Part shown: piece by piece, positions 9,901 to 19,241 of the stretch | Numbering within the stretch: the stretch's first letter is position 1 | Layout: the number at the start of each line of letters is the position of its first letter | Assembly (NCBI GenBank): GCA_963848295.1 | Contig: CAWKDB010000010.1 | Span: 3,360,001 to 3,424,000, forward strand | Source of the DNA: an uncultured delta proteobacterium | GTDB lineage: Bacteria; Myxococcota_A; Polyangia; Haliangiales; Haliangiaceae | Length of the DNA stretch: 64,000 nucleotides | Reading direction: 5' to 3' | The notes under the pieces: generated by a model | Databases searched by the model: none | What the model was told of the DNA's origin: nothing | Seen by the model: the letters and a program-made list of their open reading frames with translations, nothing else | Made by a program: the position numbers and the translations under genes

Positions 9901-11972
9901 GCGGCCTCTTGTGCGGAGATCACTCCGCGCGTGACGAACGGAACCGACGGATCGACCTCGCGGTAACTCATGACCGCGAGACCGGGAACGTGACGGGAGG
10001 CGATCTGCGACATCGTGCGGCGCAGATCAGGGGCGACGACCAACAGCGGCGGCTCGTCGCGCATCGCCAGGTCGCGAGCGCGGCCGGCGAGGTCTTCGGT
10101 CAGCTTCGACAGCGCGCGCGCGTGCTTGCCGCTGCCGTCGCGCAAGAGCGATTCGGCGCGCGGGTCGAGCACGAGCGGGCGCAGCGCGCCGTCGGTCGAC
10201 AGCTGGGCGCGGGTCAGCCGGCGCGCGAGGCGCTGGCGAACGTGCTCGGTCAGATCGTCGGGGTTCTTGACCGTCGCGGCGTGATCGGCGAGCGCCTCGA
10301 GGATCGAGCGCATGTCGCGAATCGAGACCCCTTCGCGCAGCAAGTTGCGCAGCACCTGCATCACCGCGCCCATCGACATCAGGTGCGGGATGAGCTCTTC
10401 GACGACCTTCGCGTTGTGCTTGCCGGTGATGTCGAGCAGCTCTTGCGCTTCCTTGCGGCCGAGCAGCTCGTGCGCGTTGCGGCGCAGCAGCTCGGTCAGG
10501 TGAGTCGCGATCACGGCGGCGGCGTCGACGACGGTGCAGCCCGCGGCCTCGGCGCGCAGCCGGTCGGTCGGCAGCAACCACTTCGCCGGCAGGCCGAACG
10601 TCGGCTCGGTCGTCGCCTCGCCGGGCAGCGCGCGCGTCGCCATGCCGGTCGGATCGATCGCGAGCACGCGGTGGGTGTTGACCTCGGCCGACGCGATCGG
10701 CACGCCGGACAGCAGCACGCGATACGCGCCGGGGCGGAGCTGGAGATCGTCGCGGACGTGGACCGGCGGCACGATGACGCCGAGCTCGCTCGCGAGCTGC
10801 TTGCGCAACGACGCGATCCGCTTGAGCAACTCACCGCCGCGATTCGCGTCGACCATGCCGAGCAGGTCGAGTCCGACCTCGAGGCCGAGCAGCTCGACCG
10901 GCAGCGCGGCTTCGATCTCGCCGCGATGGACCTTCTCGTCGGGGCGGAGCGGGTCGCCGGACTTGGTCGGTTTTCCGGCCGGCGCTTCGTTGCCGTTCGC
11001 GGCGGACGGCGACGAGCCGTCCTTCGCTTTCGTCGACGCCCACGCGGCGAGGCCGCCGAGGCCCAAGAACAGGAAGTGCGGCATGCCGGGGAGTAGGCCG
11101 ATCACCGAGAGCATCGCCGCGGTGACCGCGAGCGGGCGGCGGCGCGACAACAGCTGACCGCCGAGCGCCTTGCCGAGCTCGGCATCGTCGCTGCGCGTCG
11201 TGAGCAGCGCGGCGCCGGTCGACACGAGCAGTGCGGGGATCTGCGCGACCAGGCCGTCACCGATCGACAACACGGTGTAGGTCTGCGCGGCATGGCCGAT
11301 CGACATGCCCTTCTGGGCGACGCCGATCACGATCCCGCCGACGATGTTGACCGCGAGGACGAGCAGGCCGGCGATCGCATCGCCGCGCACGAACTTCGAG
11401 GCGCCGTCCATCGCGCCGTGGAAGTCGGCATCGCGCTGGATGTACTTGCGGCGCTCGCGCGCTTCCTTTTCGGTGATCAGGCCAGCGCCGAGATCGGCGT
11501 CGATCGCCATCTGCTTGCCCGGCATCGAATCCAACGTGAAGCGCGCCGAGACCTCCGAGATCCGCTCGGCGCCCTTCGTGATCACGATGAAGTTGACGAT
11601 CACGAGGATGAGGAAGACGACGCCGCCGACGACGAAGTTGCCGCGGATCACGAACTGGCCGAACGCCGCGATCACCGCGCCGGCGGCGTGCGAGTCGTTG
11701 CCGGTCAAGATCAGGCGGGTCGAGGCGACATTGAGCGCGAGCCGGAACAGCGTGACGAACAGCAACAACGACGGGAACGAGGCGAAGTCGGTCGCCTTCT
11801 CGACGTAGAACGCGACGAGGAACGTCAGCGCCGCGAGGCACAGCGACAGGCCGAGCAGCAAGTCGAACAGCGTCGGCGGCAGCGGCGCCATCGCGACCGC
11901 GAGGATGCCGACGAGCGCGCCGGCCATCACCCACTGGCCCGAGCGCGCGGGGGTAGCGGCGGCTGCGGTCAC
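9897..11972 (-). CDS. flhA: Flagellar export gate protein FlhA
   Basis: FRLALNVASTRLIL, ARFTLDSMPGKQMAIDADL and GAMDGASKFVRGDAIAG. Confidence 0.96.
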   Translation of the reverse strand: MTAAAATPARSGQWVMAGALVGILAVAMAPLPPTLFDLLLGLSLCLAALTFLVAFYVEKATDFASFPSLLLFVTLFRLALNVASTRLILTGNDSHAAGAVIAAFGQFVIRGNFVVGGVVFLILVIVNFIVITKGAERISEVSARFTLDSMPGKQMAIDADLGAGLITEKEARERRKYIQRDADFHGAMDGASKFVRGDAIAGLLVLAVNIVGGIVIGVAQKGMSIGHAAQTYTVLSIGDGLVAQIPALLVSTGAALLTTRSDDAELGKALGGQLLSRRRPLAVTAAMLSVIGLLPGMPHFLFLGLGGLAAWASTKAKDGSSPSAANGNEAPAGKPTKSGDPLRPDEKVHRGEIEAALPVELLGLEVGLDLLGMVDANRGGELLKRIASLRKQLASELGVIVPPVHVRDDLQLRPGAYRVLLSGVPIASAEVNTHRVLAIDPTGMATRALPGEATTEPTFGLPAKWLLPTDRLRAEAAGCTVVDAAAVIATHLTELLRRNAHELLGRKEAQELLDITGKHNAKVVEELIPHLMSMGAVMQVLRNLLREGVSIRDMRSILEALADHAATVKNPDDLTEHVRQRLARRLTRAQLSTDGALRPLVLDPRAESLLRDGSGKHARALSKLTEDLAGRARDLAMRDEPPLLVVAPDLRRTMSQIASRHVPGLAVMSYREVDPSVPFVTRGVISAQEAA

Positions 11973-13003
11973 GCGCTACCTCGCTTGAGCCGGTAGACGT
12001 ACGCGAGCACCTCGGCGACCGCCTTGTAGAGGTTCGACGGGATCGCGCGACCTTCCTTGACGTGCTTGTGCAGCGCGCGGGCGAGCGGCGGCCGGCTGAG
12101 GATCGGCACGCCCTTCTGGCGAGCCACTTCGCGGATCTTCTCGGCCGACTCGTCCATGCCCTTCGCGACGACGACCGGCGCGCGATCTTGCTTGTCGTCG
12201 TAGCGCAGCGCGACCGCGTAGTGCGTCGGGTTGACGACGACGACATCGGCGGTCGCGACCGCGGCTGCCATCCGCCGCTTCGCGAGCTCTTTCATGCGCT
12301 GCTTGCGCTTGCCCTTCACCATCGGATCGCCGTCCGACTCGCGGTGCTCGCGCTTGACCTCGTCCGAGGTCATCTTCATCTGCTCGTTGATCTTGCGGCG
12401 CGCCAGGATGTAGTCGACCGCGGCGACGACCGCGAGCGCGGGGACGACGAACCACAGCACGCGCGACACTTGGTGACCGGCGAGCGCCGCGAGGCTCGAC
12501 GCCTGCATCGGATGTGCTGCCATGCCCGGGCCGAGCGCGAGGTAGACGACCGCGCCGACGACGATCAGCTTCGCGAGCGCGGTGCCGGAGCGCTTGACCA
12601 TGCCGCCGAGCCCGAACACGTTCGGCAGGTTCTTGACCGGCGACATCCGGCTGAAGTCGATCGACGGCAGCTTGAACGCCGGTGGCCAGCCGAGCTGGAC
12701 CAGGATCGCGATGATCGCGGCGATCGCGGCGCCGGCGAGCACCGGTGCGGTCGCGGCGAAGAACGTGTGAACCGCGGCGCTCGGCAGGTCGATCGTCGGA
12801 GCGCCGTCGCTCGCGGTCGCGGCATCGCGCGTGAGCTGGAGCAGCGCCGACAACGCGAACGACGCGCCGGCGACCAGGGCGATCGCACCACCCGCGAGGG
12901 TCGCGGTCGACACCAGATCCTTCGACAACGCGAGCTCGCCGCGCTTGCGGAATTCTCTGATCCGCTTCGGCGAAGGCTTGTGGGTGCGTTGCGGATCGGA
13001 CAC
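11969..13003 (-). CDS. flhB: Export substrate-specificity switch FlhB
   Basis: KMTSDEVKREHRESDGDP and the NPTH autocleavage motif. Confidence 0.95.
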   Translation of the reverse strand: MSDPQRTHKPSPKRIREFRKRGELALSKDLVSTATLAGGAIALVAGASFALSALLQLTRDAATASDGAPTIDLPSAAVHTFFAATAPVLAGAAIAAIIAILVQLGWPPAFKLPSIDFSRMSPVKNLPNVFGLGGMVKRSGTALAKLIVVGAVVYLALGPGMAAHPMQASSLAALAGHQVSRVLWFVVPALAVVAAVDYILARRKINEQMKMTSDEVKREHRESDGDPMVKGKRKQRMKELAKRRMAAAVATADVVVVNPTHYAVALRYDDKQDRAPVVVAKGMDESAEKIREVARQKGVPILSRPPLARALHKHVKEGRAIPSNLYKAVAEVLAYVYRLKRGSA

Positions 13004-13018
13004 GGCGAGCGGAGTGAT

Positions 13019-13034
13019 TGCAACGCTCGCGCCG
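13019..13034 (-). promoter_or_regulatory. Putative sigma54 promoter of the flhB-flhA... block
   Basis: Minus strand cGGcgcgagcgttGCa (GG-N10-GC), 16 nt before the GTG start. Confidence 0.7.
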
Positions 13035-13076
13035 TCGCCAAGTCTGCGAGAATGCTCGCGATTGACGCGAGGCTGT

Positions 13077-13090
13077 CGCCAGCGCTGGCG
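13077..13090. promoter_or_regulatory. Candidate enhancer (bEBP) site upstream of the flhB promoter
   Basis: CGCCA-gcgc-TGGCG palindrome, 43 nt upstream of the -24 GG. Confidence 0.5.
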
Positions 13091-13122
13091 ATCGTCGCGA
13101 GCCTCGGCTGACGGCCTCGAGG

Positions 13123-13848
13123 CTACAGCGCGTCGTACAGCCGCGCCGCGGCGTCGCGTGCGAGCGCGGTGCAGTCGTTCGCGAAGCTCGCCGAGGTCGC
13201 GAGCAGCGTGAGCCCGCCGATGATCAGCACCGACGCGAGCGAGATCGAGAACACGTTGATCGACGGCACGGCGCGGTTCAGCACGGCGAGCCCGAGGTTG
13301 CCGACGAGCGCGGCGAGCACGATCGGCGCCGCGAGCGCGAAGCCGCGACCGAAAGCGGCGGTGCCCTCGGCGAGCAGTTGCGGGCCGAGTGCGGCGAAGT
13401 GGGAGAGCTGAGCGGGCCCGGCGGCGACGCCGCGGACGACCGCTTCGAGCCCGCCGACCGACAGAAACGCGAGGCTCGCGATCGTCGTCGCCATCGTCCG
13501 GATCACGCCGGCGTTCTCACCCGCGTGAACGTCGTACTCCGACGCGAAGCCCAGGCCGAGCGACAGGCCGATGAGCTGGCCGGCGATCGCCGCGCGCGCC
13601 ATCACGAACCGCGCGACCAGCCCGGTGACGATACCGGCGGCGAGCTCGAGCACCGCGGTCGCCGGTAGATCGCCGAGCGGTAGCGGCGCGCGATTGGCGC
13701 CGATCGCGAGGCCGACCGCGACGACGAACACCAGCTTCGCGCGCGCGGGGACTCCGGCGTCGCCGATCACCGGCGCGGTCACGGTCAGCGCGCCAGTGCG
13801 GAGCATCGACGCAATCGCCGCCGCGACCTCGCCTTCGCTCACCGTCAT
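13123..13848 (-). CDS. fliR: Export apparatus protein FliR
   Basis: Hydrophobic; AGQLIGLSLGLGFA..YD and LNRAVPSINVF. Start trimmed to MTVSEG. Confidence 0.9.
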   Translation of the reverse strand: MTVSEGEVAAAIASMLRTGALTVTAPVIGDAGVPARAKLVFVVAVGLAIGANRAPLPLGDLPATAVLELAAGIVTGLVARFVMARAAIAGQLIGLSLGLGFASEYDVHAGENAGVIRTMATTIASLAFLSVGGLEAVVRGVAAGPAQLSHFAALGPQLLAEGTAAFGRGFALAAPIVLAALVGNLGLAVLNRAVPSINVFSISLASVLIIGGLTLLATSASFANDCTALARDAAARLYDAL

Positions 13849-14156
13849 CGCGGTCCCTGGACGCCCACCGGATCTTCCCCGGTCGATGCCGCCGGCTGCG
13901 TGGACGATGCGGTGAACGCCTGCGTCGCGAATCGGCCGAGCTGATCGAGCATCCAGTGCCCGGCGAGCGCGATCACGAGCAGCGCCGCGGCGAGCTTCGG
14001 TACGAACGTCAGCACGCTCTCTTGCAGCTGAGTCGCCGTCTGGAACACGGCGACGGTGAGCCCGACGACGAGGCCAGCGACGAGGAACGGCGCGGCGACC
14101 GAGACGGTCACCGACAGCGCGTCGCGCCACAGGTCGAGCAGAGAATCGGTGGTCAC
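13845..14156 (-). CDS. fliQ: Export apparatus protein FliQ
   Basis: GTG start overlaps the fliP stop; VGLTVAVFQTATQLQESVLTFVPKL. Confidence 0.93.
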   Translation of the reverse strand: MTTDSLLDLWRDALSVTVSVAAPFLVAGLVVGLTVAVFQTATQLQESVLTFVPKLAAALLVIALAGHWMLDQLGRFATQAFTASSTQPAASTGEDPVGVQGPR

Positions 14157-14884
14157 GCCATCGCCCCGCGGAGCAGCGACTCGACGACGAGGTGCCAACC
14201 GTCGATCATCACGAACACGAGCAACTTGATCGGCAGCGCGACGACCGAGGGCGGCACCATCACCATGCCGAGCGACGTGAGGATCGTCGCGGCGACCAGG
14301 TCGATGACGAGGAACGGCAAGAGGATCGTGAGGCCGATCTTGAACGCCGTGCGCAGCTCGGACACGATGAACGCGGGAATCGCGACGCGCAACGGAACGT
14401 CGTCGATCGTGGCAGGGCGCGGCGCCTTCGCGACCTCGAAGAACAGCGACAGATCGGACTCGCTCGTGCGCGACACGAGGAACTTGCGCAGCGGGGGCGT
14501 CGCGGCTTCGATCGCTTGCTTCTCGTCCATCTCGCCGTGCAGGTACGCGCGCCCGCCGGCGTCGTACATCTGGACGGCGACCGGCGCGGACACGAACACG
14601 GTCATGAACAGCGCGAGCCCGACGAGGACCTGATTCGGCGGCGCGGCCGGGGTGCCGAGACCGGTGCGAACGAAGCCCAAGACGACGACGAATCGCACGA
14701 AGCTCGTACACGACAAGATGATCGCGGGCAGCAGCGTGATCAGCGTCAGGACGACGACCATGCCGATCGCGCCGAACGGTCCTGCGCCGCCGGCGGATTG
14801 CGTCGCGCTCTGCAGCAGGTTTGCGGGCGCGACCGGCGCCTGAGCTGCCGCGGCGGTGACCGCTGCTGCGAGTCCGAAGATCAT
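14153..14884 (-). CDS. fliP: Export apparatus protein FliP
   Basis: TSFVRFVVVL, PPNQVL, PAFIVSELRTAF and LPIKLLVFVMIDGW. Confidence 0.95.
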   Translation of the reverse strand: MIFGLAAAVTAAAAQAPVAPANLLQSATQSAGGAGPFGAIGMVVVLTLITLLPAIILSCTSFVRFVVVLGFVRTGLGTPAAPPNQVLVGLALFMTVFVSAPVAVQMYDAGGRAYLHGEMDEKQAIEAATPPLRKFLVSRTSESDLSLFFEVAKAPRPATIDDVPLRVAIPAFIVSELRTAFKIGLTILLPFLVIDLVAATILTSLGMVMVPPSVVALPIKLLVFVMIDGWHLVVESLLRGAMA

Positions 14885-15936
14885 CGCTTGCCACCCGCAG
14901 CCGCGAGGATCTCGCGCGCCCACAGCGCGTCGGCGTCGACGTCATCGGTCGCGACATCCTCGTTGACCGGCTGCACCGTCTGGGCGCGCAGGCGGAGGAT
15001 GCCGTTGACCGCGGGGGAGCGATTCAGGGTCGTCGTGCGCGCTGTCGCGATCGTCGCCTGCGCGGTCGGGATGTCTTGCGCCTGGGCCCGCGGCATCATC
15101 GCCGGCGCCTGGCTCGAGCCGCGCGGCCACGAACCGAGCATGCGGACGTGCTGCGGCGTCACCGACACGATCAGCTCGCGATCACCGGCCGCGAGCCACA
15201 TCATCTTGGCCTTCGCGCCGAGCGACCGTTGCGCGATCAGCTCGATCGTTTGCATCGCCGACGGCTGCGCCTTCTTGCGCCGCATCAACCACACCCCGCA
15301 GCCCGCGGCGGCCAGGCCGAGCGCTCCGTAGGTCGTGATCTTCGACCACGCGTCGCTCTGATCGGGAGCGCCGAGCGTGGGTGCCGGCGACGCGGTCTGC
15401 GCCTTGTGCTCGGTCGCTACAGCGGCGAGCGGCTCGTGCTCGGTCTCGCTCGGACGCGGCGCGGGCTTGGCCGCCGGCGGCTCTGGGGCCACCACCTTGG
15501 GCGGTGCGATCGCCGCGGGCAGCGTCGGCTCGGGCAGCTTCGCGAGCTCGCCCTCGGCCGGGACTTTGCGCGGGAACAGCAAGTGGAGGTCGTCGCCGAC
15601 CTGGATCGCTTGTGCGAACCGGGCGAGCACCTTGACGCCGGCATGCTCGAAGCCGAGCTTGACGCTCAGTACCTTCGTCGAGTCTTCGTCCGCGATCTCG
15701 ATCTCTTTGACCGTGGCATCGGCCGGCAGCGCGCGCTTGATCGACGGTCGACCGGCGATCGCGACTTCGAGCCGCGACCGGATCGGGTAGACGATCGTGT
15801 GCGTCGCCTTGACGTTGTGCGCGATCACCTCGACCGCGTCGCCGCGATCGCGGAGCTCGAAGCTCGGCACGTCAGGCTCGGCGATGGCGAGCGATGGCGC
15901 GAGCAGGACGGCCGCGACGGCGAGCGCGCGCATCAC
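14881..15936 (-). CDS. Extended FliO-like protein with N-terminal periplasmic domain
   Basis: Between fliN and fliP. Signal peptide, ~130-aa domain, Pro-rich linker, TM, then FliO-like IELIAQRSLGAKAK...ELIVSVT. Confidence 0.7.
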   Translation of the reverse strand: MMRALAVAAVLLAPSLAIAEPDVPSFELRDRGDAVEVIAHNVKATHTIVYPIRSRLEVAIAGRPSIKRALPADATVKEIEIADEDSTKVLSVKLGFEHAGVKVLARFAQAIQVGDDLHLLFPRKVPAEGELAKLPEPTLPAAIAPPKVVAPEPPAAKPAPRPSETEHEPLAAVATEHKAQTASPAPTLGAPDQSDAWSKITTYGALGLAAAGCGVWLMRRKKAQPSAMQTIELIAQRSLGAKAKMMWLAAGDRELIVSVTPQHVRMLGSWPRGSSQAPAMMPRAQAQDIPTAQATIATARTTTLNRSPAVNGILRLRAQTVQPVNEDVATDDVDADALWAREILAAAGGKR

Positions 15937-16220
15937 GAGTCCTTCTCGCCGGTGAGCTCGACGACGCGGATGCCGCAGCGTTCGCCGACCGCGATCGCTT
16001 CGGCGCGAGCGACGAGCCGGCCGTTGACCCGAACGTCGAGCCGCGCGCCGGTCGGCTTATCGAGCGTGATGATCGAGCCCGGGCCGAGTCGGGCCGCGAG
16101 CTCGGACAGGTTCATGCGGACGCGGCCGAGCTCGACCGTGAGCTCTAGCGGGACGTCGTGTAGTAACGATTCGAGCGCGGCGGGCTCGAAACCGGCGGGC
16201 TCTTCGATCGGGTCGCTCAT
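15933..16220 (-). CDS. fliN: C-ring protein FliN
   Basis: DVPLELTVELGR...GSIITLDK...VRVNGRLVARAE...GIRV. Confidence 0.93.
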   Translation of the reverse strand: MSDPIEEPAGFEPAALESLLHDVPLELTVELGRVRMNLSELAARLGPGSIITLDKPTGARLDVRVNGRLVARAEAIAVGERCGIRVVELTGEKDS

Positions 16221-17152
16221 GACTTGGCTCCTTGACCGTGAACGATGCTGACGATCTGAACGGCGAGCACTCCGCGGCTCACCACCGGGCGGGCCCAGGC
16301 TTTCAGCGTGCCTTCGCAGAACACGGGCACGCGCGAATCGACGAAGCCGGGCAGCGTCAACGTCGTGCCCGGATCGAGCGCGCGCAGCTCGCGCATCCGC
16401 ATCCGCAGCGTGCCGAGCTCGACGACGACCTCGACCGGGACGTTCGCGAGCGCGTTCGCGACGAGCTGCGTGTTCGCCTTGATCGCGGCGAGCGCGAGCG
16501 GGCGTGGCACGAGCGCTTCGGGCCGCGCATAGATCTGGACGCGGCCGGCCGACGAGCCGTTGAACGCGAGCGCGACCCGCACGAGGCTGCGGGTCTCGAT
16601 CAGCCGGGCGACGACCGCGAGGTCGGTGCTCGCCGGCAATTCCTTGTCGAACACTTCGCGCCACGCCGAACCGAAGCTGTCGAGGATCACGCGGCCGGCG
16701 GGATGAAACAACCGCAGCGACGCACCGGTCGCGACGCGGTTGGCATCGGCGGTCGGGGCAGCGGCGCCACAGCGTCGAGCGGCGGCGACGTCGATGACGC
16801 CGCCGTGGACGGCGAGGACGAGCTCGGCGTCCGGCGACTGCATCGCACCGACCCAGCCGCCGCGCAGCTCTTCTTTCGCGGTCTGACCGTCGATGACTTC
16901 GGCGCCGACGACGTCGAGCTGCCACCCGGCCGGCAGGTGGCTGCGCAGCGCGCGATGTACGAGCCGTGTCCACCGGGTCGCCAGGTTGATCAGCACCGGA
17001 CGAGCTGCCTCGGCGAGCCGATCGTCGGCGATCAGCGCGAGCGGTGCGGCATCGCTCGCGTCGATCGCGGGGCTGGAGCGGCGCGGGGCCGACTGGCGAA
17101 TCGCGTCCTGGATCGCCTCCAGCTCTTCGTTATCGAGCAGCGCATCACTCAC
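16217..17152 (-). CDS. fliM: Divergent C-ring switch protein FliM
   Basis: C-terminal SpoA domain (NVPVEVVVELG...LDPGTTL), ~310 aa, directly upstream of fliN. N-terminal and middle motifs are degenerate. Confidence 0.75.
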   Translation of the reverse strand: MSDALLDNEELEAIQDAIRQSAPRRSSPAIDASDAAPLALIADDRLAEAARPVLINLATRWTRLVHRALRSHLPAGWQLDVVGAEVIDGQTAKEELRGGWVGAMQSPDAELVLAVHGGVIDVAAARRCGAAAPTADANRVATGASLRLFHPAGRVILDSFGSAWREVFDKELPASTDLAVVARLIETRSLVRVALAFNGSSAGRVQIYARPEALVPRPLALAAIKANTQLVANALANVPVEVVVELGTLRMRMRELRALDPGTTLTLPGFVDSRVPVFCEGTLKAWARPVVSRGVLAVQIVSIVHGQGAKS

Positions 17153-17164
17153 GCTGCGGGGTTT

Positions 17165-17180
17165 TGCAACCGCCGGGCCG
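17165..17180 (-). promoter_or_regulatory. Putative sigma54 promoter of fliM-fliR
   Basis: Minus strand cGGcccggcggttGCa, 13 nt before the GTG start. Confidence 0.72.
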
Positions 17181-17221
17181 CGCTACGTGCTCGATTCTAC
17201 TGAGAGCTCGCGCGGCGCTGT

Positions 17222-17235
17222 CGGCGACCTTGGCG
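17222..17235. promoter_or_regulatory. Candidate enhancer site upstream of the fliM promoter
   Basis: CGGCG-acct-TGGCG, 42 nt upstream of the -24 GG. Confidence 0.45.
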
Positions 17236-18513
17236 TTACTGCTTGAGGTTCGTCGTGTCCTGCATCATCTGATCGGCGGTCGTGACGGTCTTCGAGTTCG
17301 CCTCGTACGCGCGCTGATACGCGATCAGCGTGACGAGCTCGTTGCCGAGGTCGACGTTGGACTGCTCGAGCGCACCTTGCGAGATCGAACCGCGGCCGCC
17401 GGTTCCGGCCGCGTCGACGAGCGCCTGGCCCGAGGTCGCGCTCTCGCTGTAGAGCTGGTCACCCTCACGGGTGAGACCCTGCTCGTTCGAGAACGTCGCG
17501 AGCGCGACCTGGGCGATGTCGATCGTCTGGCCGTTGTCGAACGTGCCGGTGACCTTGCCGTCACTCGAGATCGAGATGCCGGTGAGGTTGCCCGCCGAGT
17601 GGCCATCGATGTCGGTCGACGTAACCGTGGAGGTGCCGCTGTACTGCGTCGAGCCGGCCATGCCCGTGCCGCCGCTCGCGATGTCGTCGCCGAAGCTGAA
17701 GTTGATCGCCTGGTTCGGAGTCGCGCCCACGAAGCTCGCGCTCGACGACGTCGTCGATTGCGCGGCGAGTGCGCCGGTCGAGTTGAACGTCAGCGTGCCG
17801 GCCGCGATCTGAGTCGGCGTGCCCTTCGTGCCACCCGCGAGGTCACCGCCGTCGACCATCGCGTGCCAGGTCCAGCCGCGGGCGCCGTTCGAGTCGAAGT
17901 AGACGTTCGCCTGATGCGCCGTGCCGAGCGAGTCGTAGACGGTCTCGGACGTCGAGTAGTTCGACGAGGTCGCCGGGTTCGCCGGGTCGAACGTCATCGC
18001 CGTGGAGCCCGAGTCGAGGTTGACGGACATCTTCGCGTCGGTCGTCGCGACCGGCGGACTCTGGCGCGCGCCGAGCTGTAGGTTGCCGACCGTCTTCGAC
18101 ACCGCACCTGTCGGATCGATCGCGTAGCCCTGTAGCATCATCCCGTTCTGGTCGACGACGTTCCCCGAGCTGTCGAGCGAGAACTGCCCGTCGCGCGTGT
18201 AGAAGTTCCCGTTCTGACCGTCGTGCATGCCGTTGACGACGAACATGCCGTTGCCGCTGATCGCCATGTCCAGCGGGTTCCCGGTCTGTTCGAGCGCGCC
18301 TTGCGTCTCGATCGTCTCGGGCGCGAGCAGCGACGCACCACCGCCGAGGTTCTGACCGTCGAGCTGACCGCCGAGCATGTCGGCAAAGTCCGCGCGCTCG
18401 GACTTGAAGCCGATCGTCGACGCGTTCGCGATGTTGTCGCCGACGATGCTGATCGCATCGCTATGCGCGTCGAGGCCGCTGACGCCGATGTAGAGAGAGT
18501 TCGTGATGCTCAT
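17236..18513 (-). CDS. flgE: Flagellar hook protein FlgE
   Basis: GDNIANASTIGFK, YTRDGQF, VYDSLG.AH and LEQSNVDLGNELV.LI..QRAYEANSK. Confidence 0.96.
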   Translation of the reverse strand: MSITNSLYIGVSGLDAHSDAISIVGDNIANASTIGFKSERADFADMLGGQLDGQNLGGGASLLAPETIETQGALEQTGNPLDMAISGNGMFVVNGMHDGQNGNFYTRDGQFSLDSSGNVVDQNGMMLQGYAIDPTGAVSKTVGNLQLGARQSPPVATTDAKMSVNLDSGSTAMTFDPANPATSSNYSTSETVYDSLGTAHQANVYFDSNGARGWTWHAMVDGGDLAGGTKGTPTQIAAGTLTFNSTGALAAQSTTSSSASFVGATPNQAINFSFGDDIASGGTGMAGSTQYSGTSTVTSTDIDGHSAGNLTGISISSDGKVTGTFDNGQTIDIAQVALATFSNEQGLTREGDQLYSESATSGQALVDAAGTGGRGSISQGALEQSNVDLGNELVTLIAYQRAYEANSKTVTTADQMMQDTTNLKQ

Positions 18514-19241
18514 GTCGAGGCTCCTTGCAGCGCTTTGACCGCGGTGATCGCGGAGGTGGTGGCGGTGGTCGTCGAAGTAGTCGAGGAAATTGCATCGGGG
18601 GCGCCGATCATCGAGATCGAGCTCGGCGCGACGAGGAGGTCGCCCATCTGCAGCGAGCTACCGCTGGCGCTGAGCTGGACCGAGTCGATCCGGCCTTGCC
18701 ACTGCGCGGTGATCGCGGCGTTGTTCGCGCTCGTCACCGCGACGTGATAGCTGCCGGGTGGCACGACGTTGCCCGACGAGTCGCGGCCGTCCCATTGGAT
18801 CATCGCCGACGTCCCGTTCGGCACCGCGATCGTGCGGATCGTCTTGCCGCTCGAGTCGGTGATCGTGACCTGCGCGTCCTTGGTCGCGCTCGTCGAGGTG
18901 ATCGACAGTGGCGGCGGCGTGCCGGTGCCGCTGATCGTGAAGTCGCCAGCACTCGCGTTGCAGTTGCGCCCGACGAGGCTCGACAGCGACGCGTTCGAGC
19001 TCGACGTCTGCGCCGCCACCAAGCTCGACAGGTCGGTGTTCGCCGTCGCGCCTTGTTCGACCTGGGTGAACTGCGCGAGCTGCGCGACCATGTCGGAGTT
19101 GCTCTGGGGATCGAGCGGATCCTGGTTCTGCAGCTGCGACATGAACAGCTTGAGGAACTCGTCCTGCGTGCCCGCGAGCTCGTTTGCCGGCGCGGCGGGA
19201 GTGGACGTGTTTGACGATTGACTGATCGAGGTGACGGTCAT
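18510..19241 (-). CDS. flgD: Hook capping protein FlgD
   Basis: FLKLFMSQLQNQDPLDP...AQLAQF and WDGRDSSG...PPGSY. Confidence 0.93.
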   Translation of the reverse strand: MTVTSISQSSNTSTPAAPANELAGTQDEFLKLFMSQLQNQDPLDPQSNSDMVAQLAQFTQVEQGATANTDLSSLVAAQTSSSNASLSSLVGRNCNASAGDFTISGTGTPPPLSITSTSATKDAQVTITDSSGKTIRTIAVPNGTSAMIQWDGRDSSGNVVPPGSYHVAVTSANNAAITAQWQGRIDSVQLSASGSSLQMGDLLVAPSSISMIGAPDAISSTTSTTTATTSAITAVKALQGAST

